A DNA stretch of 64,000 nucleotides from an uncultured virus (IMG/VR IMGVR_UViG_3300023117_001979) (lineage: Duplodnaviria > Heunggongvirae > Uroviricota > Caudoviricetes), in IMG/VR virus record IMGVR_UViG_3300023117_001979, one strand, 5' to 3'. The notes under the pieces were generated by a model. That model made no database searches, was not told the DNA's origin, and saw only the letters and a program-made list of their open reading frames with translations. Position numbers and translations under genes: made by a program. Of this stretch, positions 30,113 to 36,963 are shown in pieces. Positions within the stretch are counted from its first letter, which is position 1. Each line of letters starts with the position of its first letter.

Positions 30113-30550
30113 TCAACCCCTCGCTGCTGTATATGCTAGCCAATCCGCCATTTCATTTAACTCCGTGCCGACATGTGCCTTTACCCATTGGTACTGAGGC
30201 ACTCCATTTAGCTTATCTTCTAGCTTTCTTATTCTTGCTATTGCTTTAACTAAGTCGGGCTGCTTGATATTATAGTAGTCAGAAAGACCTTCAACTACCA
30301 TTTTAGAGTCACTGATGATTGTTATATGGACACTAGGGCCTAGATTTCTGGCTACTAAGTCCTCTAAAGCCAATTCGACTGCTAGGAATTCCGCCATATT
30401 ATTGGTAGTCACGCCGACATACTCTCCGTGTAGGTGAAGAATATTGCCAGTGATTTTTTCGACAATGACATAGCCAGCTCCGCATTCTCCTTTGCTATCA
30501 CGGTCACTGTCTTTGACGCAACTGCCGTCGGTCCAAACTTCATACTCCAT
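30113..30550 (-). CDS. rnhA: ribonuclease HI
   Basis: TDGSC, TNNMAE, SDSKMV, WVKAH, NEMADWLA. Confidence 0.93.
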   Translation of the reverse strand: MEYEVWTDGSCVKDSDRDSKGECGAGYVIVEKITGNILHLHGEYVGVTTNNMAEFLAVELALEDLVARNLGPSVHITIISDSKMVVEGLSDYYNIKQPDLVKAIARIRKLEDKLNGVPQYQWVKAHVGTELNEMADWLAYTAARG

Positions 30551-30817
30551 TCAAACACCCTTTATTACACGATACTTGACCTTTGTACGGGCTTCTTCTC
30601 TATCGCTATCTTCGGGGCTAAACTTACTTCGGACAACGGTTATCTTTACTACTGAGTCAATCGGCGTTTCTTCACCTTTCATTCGTAAGTGACTAAGCGC
30701 CGCGTCTTCATACATTAGGGCTGGCAGCTCTTCAATTTTAATTGAAAGAGCTTTCAAAACAGCATCTGCTTCTATGGGCGAAAGAACCTGGTGGTCGGGC
30801 ATCAAGTAGTGCATCAA
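30551..30817 (-). CDS. rpoH: RNA polymerase subunit H (Rpo5/Rpb5 C-terminal domain)
   Basis: HYLMPDHQVLS..E...L..L.I..EELP.L...D.A...VVKI...S...YRVI. Confidence 0.88.
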   Translation of the reverse strand: MMHYLMPDHQVLSPIEADAVLKALSIKIEELPALMYEDAALSHLRMKGEETPIDSVVKITVVRSKFSPEDSDREEARTKVKYRVIKGV

Positions 30818-31057
30818 CTAAGCGCAGGTACTTCCTCACCATGAATGTACTGCTCAATCTGCCCTATTTCATGACCAACTACTTTGGCACGATAGACAAT
30901 AAAAAGCGTTCCTAGGAAAATAAGAATATCACTGAAGACAAAACCAACTAGAATTGTCAATGACAAGTACAAAAAGCCCAAAATTGCTGCAACAACGAGA
31001 ATACGCTGACGAGACTTTAGGTCGTCTAACTCATAATGAATAAAGCTGGTATTGAAA

Positions 31058-31537
31058 TCACCAGTCTTCATCATTATCCCAGTCCCAGTCATCGTCGTCG
31101 TCGTCATCATCGTCGTCGTCATCGCTTTCTTCTTCGTCATCATCGAGACCGGCAAGAAGTCCATCTAAGTCATCGTCGTCATCGTCGTCGTCATCTGACA
31201 AAATGATAGCCTTTGCTTTCTTTGGCTTGTCTTCGCCAAGCTCTTCCCAATCAGGAATATTGTCATAGTCAAAGTCATCTTTCTCAGGAATCTTAAGCTC
31301 AGGACGCTTTTTCTTACCTTTAGACATAGCGGCTTGAACCATAGATGGCTTAGATTCTTCTCCATCCTCTTCATCTTCGGGCTCATCGAACTCGATGGCA
31401 CTTAGATTGAGGTCACTATTCTTTTTTAGAGCAAGAGTTGGTTCAACCCAGCTTTCTAGCTTTTTCATCGCTGATTCGTCATTCATAGCTTCAACTTCAA
31501 TAGTCAAGTAGTAGGTGAAAACCTGCTTTTCTGCCAT
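31058..31537 (-). CDS. protein with very acidic (poly-Asp) C-terminal tail
   Basis: 159 aa, two long Asp runs near the C-terminus. Confidence 0.7.
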   Translation of the reverse strand: MAEKQVFTYYLTIEVEAMNDESAMKKLESWVEPTLALKKNSDLNLSAIEFDEPEDEEDGEESKPSMVQAAMSKGKKKRPELKIPEKDDFDYDNIPDWEELGEDKPKKAKAIILSDDDDDDDDDLDGLLAGLDDDEEESDDDDDDDDDDDDWDWDNDEDW

Positions 31538-31584
31538 GAGTATGTATCAGCTTCATTCTGACCTTAAACCTAAGTATTGGTTTA

Positions 31585-31788
31585 ATGACTATGTATACTT
31601 TCACAAGCCTTATATGCACCGGGAAGATGCACATAGTAATGGGCACCGATGATGCCATGAGTGCTATTAGGGTTCGTAAGTACGATATTGACCGCCTAAA
31701 GCATTTTAAAATTAATAACGAGTCTATTTGGGAGACCTTGGCGAGGATTCTCAATGAATATCATCATAGCCAAGTTAACAAGGAGTAA
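31585..31788 (+). CDS. ribbon-helix-helix DNA-binding protein (start probably internal, MGTDD/MSAIR)
   Basis: SAIRVRKYDIDRLKHFK...ESIWETLARIL resembles archaeal RHH proteins. Confidence 0.6.
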   Translation: MTMYTFTSLICTGKMHIVMGTDDAMSAIRVRKYDIDRLKHFKINNESIWETLARILNEYHHSQVNKE

Positions 31789-31793
31789 TAGAA

Positions 31794-32105
31794 ATGGCAA
31801 AATTTGCGCGAACAGTGTCAAAAATCGAACAATGCTTTAGAGTTTATGAAGACTCCCTGGAAGTGGATGTTCTTTCCTTCCATCAAATTCGTGATTGGTA
31901 TAACGAGCAAACCAAGGATGGAATTACTTCTGCTCGCCTAATTAACCTCCTTCGCAAGCGTCCTCAGTTTGTTTGGCAACATACCGAGCGTAAAATTGGC
32001 TCAAATGAAACATTGACCTTTTGGTCTATGAACAAAGAAGTCAAGCTGCCTAACCCTGCAGATGGTTGGGTGGTTATTGAGCAGGCAGCTCCGCTATCGT
32101 GCTAG
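31794..32105 (+). CDS. putative winged-helix protein
   Basis: LSFHQIRDWYN..TK.G.TS.RLINLLRK.PQF. Confidence 0.6.
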   Translation: MAKFARTVSKIEQCFRVYEDSLEVDVLSFHQIRDWYNEQTKDGITSARLINLLRKRPQFVWQHTERKIGSNETLTFWSMNKEVKLPNPADGWVVIEQAAPLSC

Positions 32106-32135
32106 TAGTACTACCCTAAGAAGCGCTACAATATG
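32105..32135 (+). promoter_or_regulatory. bipartite element copy 1: GTAGTACTAC-N8-GCGCTACAATATG
   Basis: Identical architecture in 4 intergenic copies. Confidence 0.8.
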
Positions 32136-32180
32136 AAGCGAGGGAACTGCCCTCCTTCAAATATATTAGGAGGTAAAAAC

Positions 32181-32357
32181 ATGAATGAAGATTTTGTATT
32201 CGAAGGTGAAACTTACATTATCGTAGACAAAGTTCCGGAAAATGTTCAGCAAATGTGCCGTTATAGCACAGGAAGCGTGGACAACTATTTCATCGGAAAA
32301 AAGATGATTTTCTGGAAGTCTGCCGGTTGGAAGTTTTACACCACAACGAACCTGTGA
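32181..32357 (+). CDS. small hypothetical protein (MNEDF...)
   Basis: AGGAGGT RBS before ATG 32181. Confidence 0.6.
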   Translation: MNEDFVFEGETYIIVDKVPENVQQMCRYSTGSVDNYFIGKKMIFWKSAGWKFYTTTNL

Positions 32358-32439
32358 AATCTAACTCATCAGTTTGAACGCCAGACTAGCCACAAGGAGG
32401 GAGAAAAACCGGCTAGCAAAAGTGCGGTAAGCACAGGAT

Positions 32440-32682
32440 GTGAAGAAAATATCACAAAATGAAAAAACAAACGAAGAAGAGCTAGTTCCCTGTAAGGGGA
32501 TTATCTACATGTCAGTACAAGGCGGAAAGGATTTCTACGACCCATGCCCCCACAACAATAAGGTCCCAGTAGGGACTGAAAACGGGGGCGGAGAAACCTG
32601 TATCGAATGCAGGAAAGAAAACTCCCGTAGCTACATGAGCCGAACCCACATATCTGGCGGACGCCCAGTAGCACCTATTTGA
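32440..32682 (+). CDS. small Cys-containing hypothetical protein
   Basis: 80-aa ORF, C...C...CIEC. Confidence 0.5.
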   Translation: MKKISQNEKTNEEELVPCKGIIYMSVQGGKDFYDPCPHNNKVPVGTENGGGETCIECRKENSRSYMSRTHISGGRPVAPI

Positions 32683-32702
32683 AGGCACAAGAGCTCTTCT
32701 TT

Positions 32703-32779
32703 GTACCACATCCAGGTCACTGACCTGTCCAACCCGCCCCTGTGCGCCAAGGCTCGCAGGGGTGGCCAAGTGCGGTAAG
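32703..32779 (+). ncRNA. conserved three-way-junction RNA motif, copy A
   Basis: Homologous to 36780-36857, with a 10-bp stem of different sequence but the same pairing. Confidence 0.7.
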
Positions 32780-32796
32780 CACAAGCAAATGTCAAG

Positions 32797-32827
32797 GTAG
32801 TACTACCTTGGCGAGCGCTACAATATG
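32797..32827 (+). promoter_or_regulatory. bipartite element copy 2
   Basis: GTAGTACTAC cttggcga GCGCTACAATATG. Confidence 0.8.
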
Positions 32828-33230
32828 GAGCGAGGAGAAGACCTCGTATTCAATTAGGTGAAAAACTTGGATAGAACCCATGCTGTCAAGGAGGTTCTAG
32901 AAGGGATGTACGGAAAGCAGCGAGCATAACCTCGTCGTGAAACCGGTAGGAGGGCTTGTACCTCTGAGGTTGAATTTCCCGCATTCATATAGAATCTTCA
33001 AAGCATCAGTTTAGGGGCTCTTGGGTGAAATAGACCTGGAGCGACCCGTGACCCCGGTCAGAGACTATGCGGTTCAACAAACTCAGAATGTGCCACTCAG
33101 CGTAAAACCTGAGTCTGCACAGCCTACGGGCCGAGAAATAGACAAGCGAGTAGCCACGAAGCGTGGGACAAACAGTAGCTAGTTAGCCAATAGGCGATAT
33201 ACAGTTACTGATTGTGAATAGTAAACAACC

Positions 33231-33608
33231 CCCAACGGTGTTCGAGCCGACGGGGTTGGGATGGACTTAGAGTGGATTGCGCCGTAGATTCGGCTTAAAC
33301 TCAATGAAAATCCCGTTACAGAAACAACCAAAGCTGCCCTGAATTCAGTGCAGATGGTTGGAACTTTCCTTGGATGGAAGTACAATGTATGAATGCCGTC
33401 GCCTAAGTGCAGGGCCGCCACTTTCAATGGCCTGCTCAGAACGGATATGATGCTGGAATTGGGGTGAAATCCCAGTTATGAATGCATCTGTGCATGTATG
33501 CCTGACCATGGGGAACGATAGGAGAGGATGTTCACGCAACCTCTCCTATTAGCGAGGTAAAAATCGCCCAAGTCAAAAAAGTTAGCCCAACGGTGTTCGA
33601 GCCGACGG
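33231..33608 (+). repeat. 23-nt direct repeat CCCAACGGTGTTCGAGCCGACGG (33231-33253, 33586-33608)
   Basis: Exact match read from the sequence. Confidence 0.9.
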
Positions 33609-34250
33609 CTGCTTTGGCCTCTGCAACCGGTGAAGCGGACCGGAGGCCCCAAGACTTGGAATTAGGCTGTGGTAGCCAATCTTACATGTGAAAGCTGAGT
33701 CCGAGTAACCAACGGAACAATGAAGCTTTCAAGCAAGAAGCCGAATGCTTGCATTCGGCCTTCACATATCAGGAGGAAACCAAAAATTCTCCTGTATATA
33801 TGGGCACCAGGTGTATTCCTGGTGTACCGGGGGTCAGGTACATGTTTACCATGTCCTGGCTCCCAAGACCATATCAGTGAGTGGTGTAACTGATTGGAAG
33901 GTTGTTGGACAACCTGTATGGTATGCTAGCTTATGCTAGAAGTGCCTCCAACTAGAAGATTAAGTGCATTACGCACACACACAATTTACCACACTCGCCC
34001 GGACTCGATTTATCGAGTCTTTACATTATCTTGAGACTAAAATAGGGCTTAAGCCCGGCGAACCTATCACCGTAAGGATGGTGGGTAAAGTCGCACAGTA
34101 ATTTATTAGCTCTCTTCGGAGAGAAACAGAAATCCAGCTACCAGCCTCACGGCTGAGACTAATATACGCCCACATAAAGGGACCTCACCGGATAGAGCCG
34201 AGGGTCCTGTGGTGCGCGGAAGTTGGATGATAATGTAACTACAAAATATA

Positions 34251-34284
34251 CCAGGGTAGCGTTAAAACTGCCCTGGTTTTTTTT
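34251..34284 (+). terminator. hairpin + T8 terminator-like element
   Basis: CCAGGGTAG-cgttaaaa-CTGCCCTGG then TTTTTTTT. Confidence 0.8.
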
Positions 34285-34292
34285 GTATCAGT

Positions 34293-34301
34293 ATAAGCGT
34301 G
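34293..34301 (+). promoter_or_regulatory. ATAAGCGTG gene-start motif (first of about 27 ATAAG(C)GTG copies to 63946)
   Basis: Recurrent motif at gene starts in the right half of the window. Confidence 0.8.
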
Positions 34302-34526
34302 GACACTGGATTATTCAGGACCAATGTAGGTTTGACCTACTTCCGTCAAGCAAAGATGGAAAAACAACTTACAGACGAGCAGGTGCTTGAGCTGTACACA
34401 TCGATACTTCGTATCGAAGCCAACGCAATCCGCCAAATGGAAGAGATTGCTGGCACTGCCGACCAATGGCGGAAAGACCAGGCTGAGGCTAGTCATGCCT
34501 TGGCAAAACAACTCCGTGACCTCTAG
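34299..34526 (+). CDS. small coiled-coil hypothetical protein
   Basis: GTG start within the ATAAGCGTG motif. Confidence 0.6.
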   Translation: MDTGLFRTNVGLTYFRQAKMEKQLTDEQVLELYTSILRIEANAIRQMEEIAGTADQWRKDQAEASHALAKQLRDL

Positions 34527-34546
34527 TCGCGTGAATAAGTGTATCA

Positions 34547-36763
34547 GTGGAAGGTACTGTTGAGTACCGGAAGCAAAAGGTGAAAAAAATGAAAACCGAA
34601 ACGAAAACCGAAATGAAAACAACTTTGTTTGTTTTGGTCGCCCTGTTTCTGTCCATTGGCTTTGTGCTGATGGGCAGCTTGGGTGACTCAACAATCGAAG
34701 ACCGAACCGCTGACAACGACGAGCAAGTGCGTATCGTGAGTCCCCTCGCTATGCACTGGAGTCGATGGTCCGTCCGCAAGAAAGACGGAAACCAGCAAAA
34801 GAAGGAAGCATGGAGAACGGCCCGCTGCGGCCAATCCAAAACCCTTCTCCACTGGCGACAAGTCATGCTCCCAAGCAAGAACCGTCGCCGTGCTGGTACA
34901 GACCAACAGCTCAACGCTCAGCGTGTGCTGCGTCTTCAATCACCTTTCGATAGCGCTAAGAGGCTCGCTCAAGAGCTTCGTGTTGGCGTCATCGAAAACA
35001 ACGAAGGAATCCAGGAAGTTCTCAACCGAGAAGTCCGAGTGATTCTTGAGACAGAGACACGAGCAATTCGAGACCCGGCGATTCGCCTGGACTACCTGCT
35101 CCATGTCTTCACAACCTACGGGGCTGCGTTAGGTATGGTTTGCCGAGACAAAGGAGACCAAGAAACCCTGACGATTTTGCCTCACCACATCCGGAACGCC
35201 ATCACGAATGGCTGGCAGAACATGCCAAAAGCCGGTAATGCGGAACTGATTGTTAAGAAGTTCAAAAAGGGCCTGGTTACGCCAGGCCTTTACAGCTCTC
35301 TTTACTTGAGAAAGGGCACCCCAGCTCAAATTCTCATTGATAAGATGGTTGACGAACAACTTGACCACTACATTCAGAACAACTCCGTTTCCGAAGAAGA
35401 CCTTCGTGCGCAAGCAAATAAGGCTCTAAAGGAAATGGTTAGCATTCACACCAAGTTTATGAAAGGAGAAGTGGACATTAATTTGTTCCATGAATCCATT
35501 CCTGAGCAATTTAGTGCCCAAGTCTCGGCTTTCCGAGAGAAGGGTAACAACATGAATGCACTCAAAGAGGCAGGTATTGACAGTGAAAAACTTGCTCCGT
35601 ATGCGGAAGAGCTCAAAGCTCTTCAAGCGGAGTTTGTTACTTCATACCTGTCTTGGAAAAGGAGCTCAACCAAGAGCCGCGACGAGCACCACAAGGAGCT
35701 GCGCGCAACTCTTGAAGAGTCACATCTGAGCGAAATGCGTGAAAAGTACCATTCTTGGGAAATTCGCGTCACTCGCAAAGAAGGAAAGAAAGTCTATGTC
35801 ACCATGGAGTGGCATTTGACTCCCATGACACCAACCAAGTCAAGGGGCAAGAAAGGCGCTGAAGAGGTTGTTCCAAACAACCACATTGGTGCCCGATACC
35901 TTTTGGGTCCATCTAATGGAGTCAAAATGCCTCTCGATGTGAAAAGGGGTTATGTGCGCGGTGCAAGCAAGATTGAGAAGCACGGCGGACACCCTTACAC
36001 TGGTGACACCACATCCATGCAACTGATTCGCGCATCTTCCCACAAGGGTGAAGATGGTTACTTCGGGGTGCTTAAAAACCTCCCTCGTAACAAAGTGTTT
36101 CAGATTCAAGCACGGCGTGAAAACTTCAAACAGCTTTACACTATGATGAATGTTGTACTGGGCGCATGCCCGTTCAACCCTTCATGGAAACTTGCTGGCT
36201 TGTATTCAAACCCGAAGCTCGTTGAATCAAACGGGCAAGCGTTTTCTCCTAACCTCACCTCGTTTGAAGTGGGTACGAAGGACAAAAAATCGGGCAAGAA
36301 ATCAGGCCGAAAGAAGCTTGGACCAAATGCAAAGAAGAACCGTAACGCGGTTCGGAAGGCAGCCGAGATTCTTGACCAGCAAGATGAGCTCAATATGGCA
36401 GAAGAGGGATTAATCGACCTTTATCGACCCAACACAGACCTTGCCGAAATTGAAGCTAACCACAACAAGGAATTGCTTCGACTCTGGGAACTCCTTTACA
36501 AGGAAACTGTTACCAAGTTGAGGACACGACTGAAAGCCCAAGGCCTAACCGTCCGCGGCAAGAAAGACGAACTTGTTAAGCGTTTGATGGATGAGTTTGA
36601 GAAGGAACACCACCGTAACCAAGCTCAACGCTGGCTCGACGAAATGGACGCAAAGCACGGTGTCATAATCGAAGACGAAAATGATGATAGCAACGACGAC
36701 AACAACGACGACAGCATCATCTATGACGACGACGATGTGTGGCCTGACCGCTCCGACAACTGA
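34547..36763 (+). CDS. large basic protein with hydrophobic N-terminus and C-terminal SAP domain (start probably ATG 34589)
   Basis: TVTKLRTRLKAQGLTVRGKKDELVKRL is a SAP motif; AGGTGA RBS at 34578; N-terminal TLFVLVALFLSIGFVLM. Confidence 0.75.
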   Translation: MEGTVEYRKQKVKKMKTETKTEMKTTLFVLVALFLSIGFVLMGSLGDSTIEDRTADNDEQVRIVSPLAMHWSRWSVRKKDGNQQKKEAWRTARCGQSKTLLHWRQVMLPSKNRRRAGTDQQLNAQRVLRLQSPFDSAKRLAQELRVGVIENNEGIQEVLNREVRVILETETRAIRDPAIRLDYLLHVFTTYGAALGMVCRDKGDQETLTILPHHIRNAITNGWQNMPKAGNAELIVKKFKKGLVTPGLYSSLYLRKGTPAQILIDKMVDEQLDHYIQNNSVSEEDLRAQANKALKEMVSIHTKFMKGEVDINLFHESIPEQFSAQVSAFREKGNNMNALKEAGIDSEKLAPYAEELKALQAEFVTSYLSWKRSSTKSRDEHHKELRATLEESHLSEMREKYHSWEIRVTRKEGKKVYVTMEWHLTPMTPTKSRGKKGAEEVVPNNHIGARYLLGPSNGVKMPLDVKRGYVRGASKIEKHGGHPYTGDTTSMQLIRASSHKGEDGYFGVLKNLPRNKVFQIQARRENFKQLYTMMNVVLGACPFNPSWKLAGLYSNPKLVESNGQAFSPNLTSFEVGTKDKKSGKKSGRKKLGPNAKKNRNAVRKAAEILDQQDELNMAEEGLIDLYRPNTDLAEIEANHNKELLRLWELLYKETVTKLRTRLKAQGLTVRGKKDELVKRLMDEFEKEHHRNQAQRWLDEMDAKHGVIIEDENDDSNDDNNDDSIIYDDDDVWPDRSDN

Positions 36764-36779
36764 GTTCTGAACGACACAA

Positions 36780-36857
36780 GCACAACTCCCAGCTCACTGA
36801 GCTGTACAACGGGAGCAGGGGCGCCAAGGCTCCCCTGTTCCCCCCTGTGTAGGTAAG
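36780..36857 (+). ncRNA. conserved three-way-junction RNA motif, copy B
   Basis: Homologous to 32703-32779. Confidence 0.7.
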
Positions 36858-36963
36858 TCTCCAAGCCTGCCTAGGTCTTCGACCTGAGGCGAATACATTG
36901 ACCACTAGGTTTCCCCCCTTTGTTGGTCTTTGCTTGGCTTGTCATAAGTGAAATTGTATTAGC

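Larger units (their letters stand above)
32830..34284 (+). ncRNA. putative large (~1.4 kb) structured non-coding RNA 1
   Basis: No credible long ORF; dense hairpins and long-range helices; bounded by the bipartite element and a hairpin+T8. Confidence 0.7.

Noticed and set aside
32682..32779. Three-way-junction motif as a stop-codon readthrough signal giving a conserved C-terminal extension
   Set aside because: Both copies follow TGA stops, but the motif is in different frames relative to the two ORFs and the extensions are unrelated. Not supported without experiments.
33056..33072. Group I intron suggested by CAGAGACTA (R-element-like)
   Set aside because: No matching S element (GAUAUAGUCC-like) found downstream, and no interrupted host gene flanks the region.
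33231..33608. tRNA genes suggested by the T-arm-like CGGTGTTCGAGCCG
   Set aside because: No acceptor stem, D arm or anticodon arm around either copy; each sits at the tip of a simple hairpin.
33179..33939. Short ORFs in the track inside RNA 1 (33179..33427, 33345..33539, 33745..33939)
   Set aside because: No RBS or start motif, atypical composition, and they overlap strong RNA helices.
34589..34620. 12-nt tandem repeat (ATGAAAACCGAA-like) as a regulatory array
   Set aside because: Only about 2.7 units, explained as a coding micro-duplication (MKTE-TKTE-MKT) at the gene start.
34547..36763. TnpB/Cas12-like RNA-guided nuclease paired with RNA 1 (loose echoes such as IRVTRKEGKKVYV and SPNLTS)
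   Set aside because: No RuvC D-E-D catalytic motifs or zinc finger are identifiable, so the resemblance is too weak to call. Only structure prediction could revive it.
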